64,000 bases of DNA from Lepidodermella squamata (lineage: Eukaryota > Animalia > Gastrotricha): assembly GCA_047495785.1 (NCBI GenBank), contig JBLDXI010000024.1:3224001-3288000 (forward strand). The letters are read 5' to 3'. Each line of letters starts with the position of its first letter. Within the stretch, counting starts at the first letter, position 1. The notes beneath the pieces were generated by a model. The model was not told the DNA's origin and made no database searches. It saw only the letters and a list, made by a program, of their open reading frames with translations. The position numbers and the translations under genes were made by a program. Of this stretch, positions 37,952 through 51,250 are shown in pieces.

Positions 37952-39602
37952 TCAGCTTTGCGTTTGACAATTTGGGGAGGTTAAGCAACACTTGATACGC
38001 TCACCATTCTCATTTTCATACGGCAAATAAATAGTTTGCTTCGGATGCAAAGCGTCATAGCGAGGCGTAAATCGTGTAAAATTCAAATGAAAATCTTTAT
38101 AAAGTGAACTGGCTGCATTTGCCGCAAAGCGGCAATGCAGTGGACAATGAGCCGGCAGGCCCCACTTATTGAATTTGCTAACACGGGTGGCGCTCTGAAG
38201 AAACAGAATCAATTTCTGGATAGCGGCCAATCGGACGTTTGCACGAGGCTGCTGTATAACGGAATGGTAGAGAGCCATTTCGTACCGAGCTCGAATTTCT
38301 CGAAGCTTCGCAACATCGTCCTCGCTTGCATTTTCTGCCGAATAAATTGGGATGTTTTAATCAAAAATCGATATTATGTTAGTAAAAATTCAAGAAAGAA
38401 AGCAAAATGAAGGTTCATGTTGTACTCAATTTTAATTTGATCGACTCTATCTCGATCGAATCTGAACTCTCACCTGGATTAAAGTAGACAATAGCGCAAA
38501 CCAGAGCGAATTCTTGTAGATTGCTGACCGAGTTCATCACCAAATGACCAGCCTCCATAAAATAGCTCTCCATAGCAATATGCTCCCCCTCGACACAACT
38601 AGCAACCAAACGCCAAGCTGTCTCTCGATCCAAAGACATCGTATTCGGTTGCTTCAGCTGCGCGTCAAATTGAAGGGACAACTGCGCGACAAGAAGAGGG
38701 AAAAAAGCATTGGTAAACATGACAACTCGGTTTTGAATATCAATGCCACTGCCTCCAGGTAGGCAGCTAATAAAGTTACTAATGGCGGTTACATAAACAT
38801 CGAATGAATCCGAACGTTGGTAAATGTAAGAACGTCCAGCGGCTTTAGCATCCTTCCAGTATTCTGGGATAACGATTCGGATGTTCGATATTGGCGTCAA
38901 TTTAGCTGCGGCTTCTGCTATTCGCTCAGTCAACCACTGAGAGGCTCGGTAGTCGCTGTTGTTCAGCAGACCATTGATAGGGGTAGCTGGCACTAGAGCT
39001 CCATCCAATGATGAGCTAACATCAGGCTGACTCAACGAGTCGTCAAATAATGGTTGGCTATCATCATTCAGAATTTCATCGATGTCATCAGCGTCGAGAA
39101 AAATGCTATCGTCATCGTTAGAATTTTCGAATTGGGAATTTTCGGCTGAAGGCTGAAAGCTGGACGTTGATGGGTTAGTCTTAGTATTACCACGGCGCAA
39201 CTTTGGCTGGGCGACTTTTTCTTCCGCCATCAGTTTAACCATTTGCTCCATTTCTAGACGGAAAGCGGCTGACATTCGGCCCATAGTAACCGTTGTCAAG
39301 GACATGCCCGCCTCGACGCATCGCTCGAGTCTGCACTTTCGGCAGTTGGACTTCCGCGGGCATTTATCCGGGGCGATAATGCGCTTGCATCGGTAGGTTA
39401 GGCGATATTTTCCTCGCATTGACCGGCGGAAGAAGCCCTTGCAACCCTCGCAAGAAACGACTCCGTAATGGTACCCGCTGCTGGATGCCCCGCACACATC
39501 GCAAGGTATGGCTGAGAAATCAAACTTTGACGGTTGCTTTTTCCCGGATGAAACCGAGTTGACAGGTGAAGAAATGCCAGAATCTGCATCGCATGTGTCC
39601 AT
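37952..39602 (-). CDS. Nuclear receptor, single-DBD tandem paralog, 2 exons
   Basis: [36 protein letters not shown]; LBD and WGLP.HCPLHC tail homologous to the neighbour; same intron position after NP. Confidence 0.88.
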
Positions 39603-39858
39603 TTCTACGTCTATTTCTGATGTTTTCGCTGCAAAATTAGCGAAGAATACGCTTATCAACCTCGTCACATGACTTGAGACATGCCGTCTATTAGCCAAAT
39701 AGCGATAAGAGAGCGGTAAAGGTTACAGCTGATAAGGGAAACGGTCGCCGTTGAATCATTGAAACTTTCTGGAAGGATCGTGTAGTTTTATCTAATCTCA
39801 GGACTTTTTATTTGAGTGGCGGTTTTGAACCAGCGCCAGTTTTAGCAATAACTTTATC

Positions 39859-41822
39859 ATGGAGACGCGAGCAAGGTCATTTGAAAAGCTGAGGCTTTAT
39901 TTTAGAGACTTCCTACAAAGAGCTTTAACTGATGAAGATGCTGCTTCACTGGTTAAGAGCAACAAGGAGCTCATCCGTCAGTACAACTTCCAGAATTATC
40001 TGCTTGCAGTGGCAGCCAATCGCATTGATTGTGCCAAATTTTTGGTGGATGACCTTGAAGCAAGCATTGATGCAAAAGTCGCGATTGATATTCATTGGAG
40101 ACGTGAGTATTGTATTCTGCATTGGACTTGCGTTCGGGGATCGTGTGAAGTTGCCGCATTTTTGTTAAAAGAGAAACGCGTTAAATACGATGGCATCAAG
40201 CATGATTTCGGTGGAGATTATGTTCATCTTGCAGCATGGTATGGTCAAATTGACCTAATGAAAGTGTTCAGAGAACATGATAAGGAATGTTTTGAAAAAA
40301 CGATCAAAGCTAACAACAATCAAAACAGCTCTAAACATCGATCAGCCCTTCTGGCAGCTGCAACCAAAGGAGAGAAGGAAACTGTCAAGTATTTGATAGA
40401 TCTGTTTGAAGAGATAGGCTTGAAACCAGCTGAATGTCTTGATGAATCAAATGGCTTCTCAGCTTTGCACATCGCTGCTGTCAAAGGTTACGGCGACATT
40501 GTTACGGTTCTGAAGGACAAAATACCTCAAGGAAAGGCCAGCAAATCTATCAAAGGCAGCTACTTGGGTAGCAGAACACCAGGTCAGCTAGCCTATCTAC
40601 GTTGCCATACCGACGTTGTTGAAGCCTTAGGAGAGCTAGAAATGCATGGCGATTTGGATGACGAACCATAGAGCGAAGTAGGGCCGCGGAACTGCTGGGG
40701 ATCACAAAAATCGACATAAGGGTCCCCCCTTTGGTCATTGAATGAGCTCACCGTACGGACCGATGGAACTGGTAGGGATGATCCCTACCATCCCTAGCGG
40801 TACTTCGCTCTCTGTGACGAACGTCAGTTTGAAGCTTGGAATCAATTCCTGGTAAATATATACGCCATCCAGACTGGCTACTTTGTATTCCATCCAGAAC
40901 GTGGTGCTGTGGCCAACAAGTGTACTGGCATTTTGCAATGGGATCCAAACAAATTAGCAGCAGAGAGGCGTAGAAATTATATCATTTCGAGATATGATTC
41001 TCGAGAGCGAATGCAAGTGATCATTCGGACAGCTATCATTGCGATAAATGCAACTGTGGAAGGATTTTATTTGGAAATGCAGCGTGAACTGATTAGCCGA
41101 GTAGACAAAAAGATCGTAGAATCGAAGACAACTGATGAATTCCGTGACGTGAATTGAGAGAATTCTGTAACCCTCGGTTGGACAATTTTCTTCATAACTT
41201 GACGTGGGGGAAAAATATTGGCCAGCAGCTAAGTAAACTTCGCCTCGAATTTTCGATTGTTTTGAAAGGACGGAAGATATTATATAGTCTCTCAAATAAT
41301 TGCAAGAAAACACTCGGAGATTTATCTACAATGTATTTCGCAATGCGATGCATATTTGGGCAAAGAAACCCAGATTACACGAAGAACAATACCTTAATTG
41401 AATTGAAAAAGGATTTCACTGAGCGCCAATTCAGTATGAACAAGGGAGTTGCAGATTACTTCAACTATATTCTGAACGGGCTAAGAAATTATAATAGAAC
41501 GATCGGTTTCGATATAGAGTTTACCGATTACATTAACTGCTTGTTATTTTTTCGAGACCTCGCTTGGGCTGTTCACGCTGCTACTATGGTTGCGCTTGGT
41601 GATTGGACGGTTGAAAATGCGAAAAGAGTCGCTCAGAGCTATGAGCTTGAAGTTATGGGGGAATGGACTATTCCTGGTGTTCCATTTCCACTATTTTATA
41701 ATGATGTTTGGATGGAATACGCTTACGGCTGTCCGTCATTGGCGAAATCGATAGACGGGTCAAATAACAACTCTGCTGAAACCTCAAGCAAAAAGCGAAA
41801 ATTAAGCTCTGAAACAAGCTGA
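39859..41822 (+). pseudogene. Intronless ankyrin-repeat gene with disrupted C-terminal domain; the 270-aa ANK portion 39859-40671 is intact
   Basis: ILHWTC, VHLAAWYG, SALLAAA, SALHIAA repeats. ORF 40909 is in the same frame after three in-frame stops; frameshift near 41155. Confidence 0.6.
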
Positions 41823-42168
41823 GAGCAGCAGCGATATTGTTCTATGGCCGCAATTATAGTCGTAATTATTGCAGTGGATTAATTCTTGAACAATTCTTGA
41901 CAAGCTGGATAGCTTTATAAAAATATATGTAATACATACAAGACAAAATCAAGGCTAATTTTTATTCTTAATAATGTCCTAAATAATTGATTTGTCCATG
42001 ATTAGGCTTTGGTGTCAGGCTCGGCCTTATAGGGACTTCTCTGCATTTCATCGAAAAATGATTAGTAAAGATATTAATATAGCCTGATTTGAAATGGGTT
42101 TCCGTAATGATGAATTTCATTCAATCATTGGGGATATTTCGTTGAGGTTGTTCGTCACGTCGCATGAC

Positions 42169-43081
42169 TAGAGATGTTCCGGTTCCATTTTTTTCCAGCT
42201 TCAAAAACCGCCGGTTAACCGCCGGTTCGCGTTTTGGCTATATATAGCTGAACCAGCAGAATTTTGTGTTTTCCACCGTAGATATTCCAAGTTTTCACTG
42301 TATGTGTTACAGCTGCATTATTCAGTGCATTATTCAGTTCTGTCACTATTAGCTTAGATTTAATTAATGGAGGTGACCATGTGGGCAGAAAAAGTTAAGA
42401 ATATTTTTTTTGAAAAATTAGATTTTTCGATCATTTTAACCGTCAATTCCTTTTCACCAATGATTGCCACAACAAAACTAACGCTGCCATTCGATTCCTC
42501 GTGAAATTTTGGTCTAGACGATGTATTACAAAAGGTATTTGAGAAAAAAATAAAATTCAGAGCATCTCGGCAATAAAGCAATAAAATAATTTATGACCCC
42601 CAATTATCTCGATAACCATGATTGCTATAAAAATTCTGAAAAAAGATTCAGAGTCCCCGACCCAAATTCATCCCTGCGGGGTTTCTAATGGGGATTTCGA
42701 CATGAAAGGAAGCGGTTTTGCCGTTCTTCTTTGAAAATATGAATACAAAGACAATTTCTGCTAGCTTACTTGGGATCGGAAGTAACACTGATTTTACGAT
42801 ATCTCGAGATCCAATTGTCCGACAATGTTAAAAACGTGTAGTCCGGGGTAGAATTTCACGCTGAAGACGCTGGGACCGTTTGTTTCTTGGTCTGAGCAAC
42901 GGATTATCGAGTATCGATTATCGATTATCGGTTATTGATTATGAATGATGGAATTCCATAGTAACAGCGGAACCCGCGGTTAACCGCCGGTTAAACCGAA
43001 AAAACCGGGTTACACCTCAGAAAGTTTGGAACCGAACCGAACCGAACCGGACAGATTAAAAATGGAACCGGAACATCTCTA
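42169..43081. mobile_element. Non-autonomous hAT element
   Basis: TIR TAGAGATGTTCCGGTTCCATTTT at both ends, 8-bp TSD cgcatgac/cgcataac, subterminal aaccg repeats. Confidence 0.9.
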
Positions 43082-43645
43082 CGCATAACCTTACCAATCT
43101 CTTTCAGCATTTCTGTGAATCCCGCTCTCATAAGATGAAAGGATTGAGGAGACAATCGAAATACATTTTTCTGTTGTAGGCTCATTTTAATTCTTTTTCC
43201 CGGAAAAGAAGAACGAACGCAATTCTGCAGGAAGCCATCAATAAAACGCGAAGAGTATTCAAAATCGAAACCTTTGCAAATCGAGTGCAAGATTGTTTAG
43301 CTCTGAGGTTTGAGATTCGAAGAGCTTCGAAATCAAATTTACAAGAGTCATATCAAATGGCCACCAATCATCAATCGGTTCTTTTCCGGTCTTGTCGAAC
43401 GCCTTTCCCTTTACTAGAAAAGCTAAATATGAGTCTGTGGAACTTGCTTGGAAATTCAATATCGATTTTGTGTTTTTGTAAGTGCATTATGTATTATGTA
43501 TTATGTGTTTCTCGTTGTGCCAAAAATCATGCATATGCGATGAAGGTACTTAAATTATTTACAATTTTCGAACTTCATCGCATCTGGCGCCAAAATTTCA
43601 ATTTTCCTCTGAATTTTGATCGCTCAGAAAAATTGAAGATAAAGA

Positions 43646-46600
43646 ATGCTCGGCTTTGGATTATTCTTATTGGATCTAGCTTTGACTAAGGCATACTTGA
43701 CATGCCAAGGCGGCGTCCATCAGCCACAATATTCGTATCTCAATCCAGCGAACAGATCCGCTAACTGGGACTACTACTACTTTCAAACTATGTCAACAGC
43801 ATCGCAAAATCCCGGTACCACCCGCTTACTCGCAGAATCGACAAATACAGACGGCGCAATGTGGGCTAAAACGGTAGATTTCGTTGATATTCAAAAAAGT
43901 CTTATGAAGATGATTGCTTAACCCAGCCGTTCATGTTGAATGACTTCTACGTCGAGGCTACCGTGCAAATGGGCAACTTCAATGGATTGCCAAACGGATT
44001 CCAGCTGCTATTCGCTAACCCAGGCTCAATAGTACGACCCGCCTCGGGCTTTTTGACAGCAGATTCCAATCGGAAATTCGGGGTTCTTCGAAGCTTTTTT
44101 ACAGGCTAGCTCAGTTCAGTTATGAAAGTTCAATTTTTAACTAAGATTTTCGTTCTTGTTAGGTTTTTCTCTCAACGTTGGGGCTTCAAACAGCATTTCA
44201 GTGAAATATATCACCAACGCAAACTCGGCTGCATTCCTTGGAAACTGCACATCCGCCATGTCTTGCGTTACGCCTTCAAACTGGACCGAATTCATAAACA
44301 CCTACCTACTCACACCAGCAAAATGGCGACTCAGAGTTCTATCAGACAAAAGTTTCAGTTACGAAGTCTGTGCTGCAAACGGTACCAACTGCAGACTCTT
44401 GGCCTACGACCAATTCTTGGTAGACACGTTCCAGGGGGCCTTTCTGAACTTGGATCTACGACTCGGCGTTGTTGCAAGTAACGGAGGCTCTTCATCGGCT
44501 TATGTTGATGTGTACAGCGTTGAAGTCTGGGATTGTGGATCAACGCCCTATGTATCCCCGGTTCCGGCCAATGAGCTGTCGTGCTTGGGCGATCTGCAAA
44601 CGCAGTTCTCTTACGATAATAAAAGCGACATAGGGACGAAATGGGACTACTACTACGCGTCTAACTTGGACACGACGAATTTATCCAGTGAAGCGACTCG
44701 CCTAATATCGAGTACAACATATCAAGTCGGCTCGATGTGGTCCAAATCGGTATGTGTCTCGAGTTGTTTCAAAGCTAAATAAAATTTAATTCCAAAGAAT
44801 TTCACCTTGAATGACTTCTACATCGAGCTGACAACGGACATGACTCAGTCTTGGATACAGGCTATTCAAACCTGGTCCCATGGGTTCGGAATTTTTCTCT
44901 CCAGCCAGGCTGGAATTTCGAGGCCAAGCCCAGTCAACAACCTAACGAACCCTGGAGGAAGGGAGTACGGTGTGGTAGCAAATGCCTTTACAGGGTTCAG
45001 CATTTACATTCGACCCTCGATTTACGGAATCGCCTACACTTTCATCCGGACACCGAATGCTTCGTTGTTCTGGAATAGTGGCAGTTTATATCATGGAAAA
45101 TGGGCAAACATGGGGGCGGTTTTTGTCGAAAATTTCATGATAAGAAGAGCGACCTGGCAGATTCGGATCCTGCACAACTTGCTTCAAATTAATGTTTGCA
45201 GGTACAACACCGACTCCTGCCAGCGTACGATCACGGCAACGATGAACACATCGATTTCTGAAGTCTTTGGATCTCAAGATTTGGCGCTGGGTTTCGGGGC
45301 GTTGAATGAAGCGACTTCGGCGAGTTCTGTAGATATTGTCTCAGCTAAGGTTTGGAGTTGCTACCCTACTACGACTGTTCCAACAACATCTACTACGACA
45401 TCCACAACGTCTGAAAGTACTACAGCAACTACAACAGTTACTTCAACTGAATCCACTTCGATAAGCTCGACCACGGCCACGACAAGACCATTAACGAGTG
45501 CAACTTCTACTTTAAATCCTTCAACTTCGTCTACGTCAAAATCAACTACACCAGTCATTTACAGCTCATCGGATGGGTCTAATTCATTCTCATCATCAGC
45601 ATCAACTCCAAAGTCTGTCGTAAGTTCAATTTAAAAACGGATTTAAAGAGTCTTCATTCCCTTTCCACAGATGAAATCAGACCCAATCATATCAATGCAG
45701 ACCGACTCTAAATCAGAAGGAGTCTCAGGTTCCATTTTTTGGCGAAAACCTAAACAACGTAAAAACTTGTTTTATTTCCATCAGTCGATTCAAGCGCATT
45801 TTCACGTCAAATTGAGCGTGTCAAGACATCAGCGGACCAGAAATTGCAGCAGTTGATCGAATTATCAGGCCTCGGCCCAGCTCTTAACGATCTCCCCATT
45901 GAGATAACAGTTGATATGATTAAAAAGGTCTGTGAAGACTTCTTACCATCTCGAGCTGCTCCGCCGTTCTACGGCAATGATTCATCTGGTACGGGTCTGA
46001 AAATTCAACCAGCTTTTGCAGTGGATAACTTGGTCGATGTCGATACTGCTGGAGAGACAATCTCGGTTGTGGGGACATTAATGCTAACCTGGACTGTCGC
46101 GACATGCCCTTCTGATAGCATCGACACATTCACAGTTCGTCCCTTCGAACAGCTTTATGTCGCAAAAACCAGTGAAGGTAAGAAATCAAGTGTTAGATAC
46201 GGATGTTGATTGATCCCCATTTCAGTATGGACTCCGGCTTTCAGATTCATAAGAAGTGCCGCTGCGAATGTTTACATGCAAGATAGCCCCGACTTCGGAG
46301 AGGACCTTATTACAACAATGCGGAGATACTCAAACTTCCCAAATCGAACCATCGACTTCATCTGGCTGAAAGACGGATTGTTCAGAGCGCTTTGTCCCCT
46401 CGAGTTAGCCGACTTCCCATTCGACAGCCAAACATGCGTTTTCACGTTCTCACTGAACCGAGCCATCAATTTGGTCACTTTCGCTAACCCTGTATTCATT
46501 TGGCTGGGCGGGGAAGAATCGTCCAATTGGTCTTTCGAGGGCAGAAATTCAACCCTGATTCGTCTCATCTATAAGGGAAAGCAGACAAGCTCTGTGGTAT

Positions 46601-47040
46601 ATAGTGTCACTCTTCGCCGAAATCCGACTTATTATCTGGCCAATCTAGCTATCCCAAGTGCTGTCCTAATGGCTGTGGAGTTCGGTTCCTTCCTCATCCC
46701 ACCCGAAATGCCTGATAGATCTGGCTTCTCGATGACAGTCCTCCTCGCGATTTCAGTCGCTCAATCCGGTGTCGCTAGCAACGTGCCAAAAACGACGCAG
46801 CGAATCTTTCTAGCCGACTACATCTCAGCACTGACGTGGCTCTGCGGAGCTTGCACCTTGTACCAGCTGGCTACGTGTTGCTACTCTAATGTAGCTCGGC
46901 ATACTGTCATAGACTCGAATTTACCGGCAATTTTCAAGGATGTTGGTTTTGTTCGAGTTTTCGACATCATTTGCTGCACATTGAGTATCATTGGCTTCAT
47001 TGCTATCAATTGCATTCTGGGGTATCTTTACCAAGGATGA
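43646..47040 (+). CDS. Cys-loop ligand-gated ion channel subunit with two N-terminal L-type-lectin-like domains and a Ser/Thr stalk (copy 1, ~1000 aa)
   Basis: Signal peptide; twice WDYY..TRL..G.MW.K.|.F.LNDFY.E.T; S/T run; VDNLVDVD..LMLTW, WTP, Cys-loop CPLELADFPFDSQTC, RRNPTYY-M1, PDRSGFSMTVLLA-M2, M3, M4. Linking exons splice in frame. Confidence 0.85.
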
Positions 47041-47556
47041 CAATTTTATATTTGGAGACAAATCGGTTTCCAGGGACTCATCTTAATATCTTCTATATAA
47101 ATTGTGATGATAATCTCGCCTGTTAAATACACATGGATAATCCATGCTACGTGTTTGTCACAAAACTCTCTCTTTTTAGACTTCTTTGCATTTCTGTGCA
47201 TTTATTATGAAGATATTTAAAAATATTATAATATTATGTTTTTCAAATGCTTGATTGGCGTTATACTTTTTGCAGATATCTATTTACCGTCCGGAGTTGA
47301 AAAATAGCCATGCGTTGGAGGTAGAATTTTGTAAACAAGGGGGCGTTGAATTATCAAATTTCGATTTTTTCGAAAAGTGTTCTAAAGTGGCTATTTACAT
47401 TCGAGCTTGGCACATCTCGCAAATTTTTCCGAGTGCTCGCGAGTACCGCATTAATTATTTAATAACTGTGTCTAAAAACCTTTCCACGCCTGAAACAAGA
47501 TTCTAAACCCTCGGCAAGATTTTGGCATATCCAGTAGAGTAAACTCCCCTAAGAAA

Positions 47557-50500
47557 ATGCTTGGTATCGCGATAATTTTGTTATCGTTATTCGCCGAAAT
47601 TATCATCGGCTTGTCGATATGTCCAGGAGGGGTTTATCAACCTCAATATTCCTATGTGAACCCAATGAATCGATCAGTAAATTGGGATTACTATGTTGCC
47701 CAAAACATGTCTGTAGCATCTCAAAACCCTGGAACGACACGACTGATATCAGAATTTTCCAACACCGATGGCGCAATGTGGGCTAAGACGGTAATTTTCG
47801 CAATTTCGACGCTATTTTCCATTTTTTTCGGTTCTTCCAACCAGCCATTTACCTTGAACGATTTTTACGTTGAGCTGACCGTGGGAATGGGGAACATCAG
47901 TGACTCGACAGAGGGCTTTCAGCTAATCCTCGCGAATCCAAGTTCAGTAGTGAGGCCGAGCTCTGGTTATTTGAGTTACGATGCTAAATTAAGATTTGGG
48001 CTATTGCAAAGCTTCTTTGCCGGTAAACATTTATAAAAGAATGTTTTCCCAAAAATATAAATTTCTCGTACTAGGTCTCGCCGTTGGAGTGGGAGTTAAC
48101 AATAGTGTGTCAGCAAAACTTGTAACAAATGCTATTGCAGCATCTCTCGAGGATGGATGTTTTTCCGGAACTGGTGTTGGATGCTTTACCCCGTCAAACT
48201 GGACAGATTTCTCTAGCCGCTATCTGACATCTGTTGCTAAGTGGAAGATTCGAGTGTCTTCAAATGCTAGTCTCAGTGTAGAAGTTTGCTCCGCGAGTTG
48301 CCAGTTGCTTATCGACAATCGTTACATGCCTAATAACATCCAGAACGCGTTTCTTAACCTGGATTTGCGCCTTGGGGTTGTAGCCAGTAACGGAGCATCA
48401 ACCACCAGTTACGCTGATGTCTACAGTGTTGAGATATGGGATTGTGGAACAACGGCCTATGTTTCAAGCGTGAGTTGAAAATGCTTGGCTAGCATGAATC
48501 AAGTCTTGTTTCCAGGTACCGAATGACGAATTGGCTTGCTACGGCAATCTTCAAGCGCAGTATTCATATTCGGGTACCAGCGATATCGGGACAAAATGGG
48601 ACTACTTTTACGCGGCAAATTTAAACACATCGAATGTAGCAACTGGTGCGACACGTTTGGTCGGAAATACCTACAGCCAAATTGGTTCAATGTGGTCGAA
48701 ATCGGTGAGTTCCAATGAAATTGAGCTAGCATATCAATTCCATCATCTTTTAGTTCTTTTCGCTGAATGATTTCTTCATGGAGTTGACGACAGACTTAGC
48801 CCAACCATGGATAGCTCTGGGTAGTTCGAACTGGGCGCATGGATTCGGCATTTTCGTTGCGAGTCAAGCAGGAATTTCACGCCCTTACCCAGTTAACAGT
48901 CTATCGAACCCTGGCGGAAGGGAGTACGGTGTTAAATCAGCCTCTTTTACAGGTTAGTGGCCCCGCGCCTACTTTTTATACATAAATAAATCCTAAAGTA
49001 TAGGTTTCAGCATCTTTATGAGACCATCAATCGCTGGGTTAGCTTACACCTTCGTACTGAATCCAAACGGTACCTTATTTTGGAACGGCGGATCGTTATA
49101 CAATGGCCTCTGGAAGAACATGGATACAGTTTTTGTGGAAGGTTTCCTAACACAACGAGCTACATGGCAGATTCGAGTGAATGGGACTTCGCTGAAAATC
49201 AACGTATGCAGATACAACACAGATACATGTGCTCGGACGATCTGGGTAACTATGGGATACTCGCTTCAATCAGCTTTCGGGAACCAGAACATGTCCCTGG
49301 GTTTCGGCGGGTTGACAGATGGCCTTGCCACAAGTTACGTCGACATAGTATCTGTCAAAGTCTGGGAATGTATTCAAACTACTTCTACGTCTTCAACAAG
49401 TACTACGACATCGCCAGTTTCAACGGTTCCCTCTAGCACAGCCTCAACTACTACAGTTGGAGCCTCAACTTCATCAACTGGGACAAGCGTTGGGTCCACA
49501 AGTGGTACCACAGGATCCATTGCCATCTCGAGTACATCGGTAGCAAAAACCGCCACATCCAACGACGCGTTTACTTCAACAATCTCTAATCAAGTTTGTC
49601 CTTATGACTAGAAAAGGTTTTCCTGAACATTTCCTTAGGTTTCATACGCGTATAGTCCTCAGCCCTCTGTTGCGAGTTTGAAACAGAACGAGTTTGAGAA
49701 AGGGCCATATTCAGGTATAAAATTGTCAGTTTAAGCAATTCGTGTTTGAACTTCCATTGCATAGATCCGAAAATCACTTATCGACAGATCGATCTAATAA
49801 GAAACTCAGCTTACCAAAAACTTCAACGCCTTATAGACTTCTCTAGTCTAAGTCGAATAACGGACGAGTTACCGATGGAAGTGAATATTGGCACGGTGAA
49901 ACAAGTCTGCGAGGATTTCCTGCCATTTCGCACAGCTCCGCCTTATTACAGCAACGATTCATCGGATACAGCTCTCAAAATTCGAGTAGCATTTGCTGTA
50001 GATAATTTGATAGATCTTGACACGGCAGGCGAGACAATTTCAGTTGATGCAGCCCTGATGCTGTCCTGGACAGTTTCAACGTGCCCCTCGGATAGCATCG
50101 ATACTTTCACGACAAGGCCCGTCGAACAGCTCTATGTGGCTCGCCCGGATGAAGGTAGAGGGTAGTTTCAGTTTCAAGATTTCTAAAATTTTTTTGCTTC
50201 TTTCCGAAGTTTGGACCCCAGCGTTCAGGTTCATAAGAAGTGCATCAGCTAATGTTTATATGCAATCGAACCCTGATTTTGGCGAAGACCTCATAACAAC
50301 GATGCGACGGCCTGCGGACTCCCCGAATAGGACAATTGACTTCATCTGGCTAAAAGAAGGATTGTTCAAAGCAACCTGCCCTCTAGAGCTCGCCGATTTC
50401 CCGTTTGACCAACAGACTTGCATTTTCACGTTCTCATTGAACCGAGCGATGAACTTGGTCTCATTCGCAAATCCTGCGTTCATCTGGCTCGGCGATGAAG

Positions 50501-51021
50501 AATCAGCGAATTGGAGGTTTGAAGGGCGAAATTCTTCCCTCATTTCACTACGGTACAAAGGCAAGCAAACAAGTACGGTGGTTTATGGAGTCACCCTAAG
50601 ACGAAATCCGACCTATTACTTGACCAATCTCGCCTTGCCATGTGCAGTGCTGATGGCTGTAGAATTTGGGTCATTCCTAATGCCACCAGCTATGCCAGAT
50701 CGAGCAGCGTTCTCGATGACTGTTTTGCTAGCGATTTCTGTCGCACAATCAGGAGTTGCGAGTAATGTTCCGAAAACTGCGCAAAAAATCTTCCTGGCGG
50801 ATTACATATCTGCTCTAACGTGGCTATGTGGAGTTTGCACTCTGTATCAACTGGCTACTTGTTGCTATGAAAATGCAGCCAAGAAAACAGATCCAGATAC
50901 AATGTCTAAAGCTCTGCGAAAACTTGGTTTTGTGAGACTGTTTGATATTGTTTGCTGTGGTTTAGGTATTGTTGCTTTTTCCGCAGTTAATATTTACATG
51001 GCAGCAATTTACTACACGTAA
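47557..51021 (+). CDS. Lectin-like-domain Cys-loop channel subunit (copy 2, tandem paralog)
   Basis: Same architecture and shared intron positions; CPLELADFPFDQQTC; PDRAAFSMTVLLA. Confidence 0.85.
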
Positions 51022-51250
51022 TTGTGTATTCAAGGTACCGATGTGAATGTTTTTTTTCAAAATGAGTTATTACATTCCCCTAAATGAAGCCGTATTATTG
51101 CGCGTAGTCTTTTATAGCGGTGCATCAAAAGATCACATATAGGTTGTAGTGTGGCTCATAGTAAAGTTGCCTAATAATAACATGTGAATTCCACTTCCAA
51201 GTTGATCTCATGAAGTACCTTCTTCGTTATCTTCCGTAAATTTTCATCAA

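Noticed and set aside
40669-40800. Stop-codon readthrough or alternative genetic code
   Set aside because: Mixed TAG/TAA stops plus a frameshift; neighbouring genes use TAA and TGA as normal stops. Pseudogenisation is simpler.
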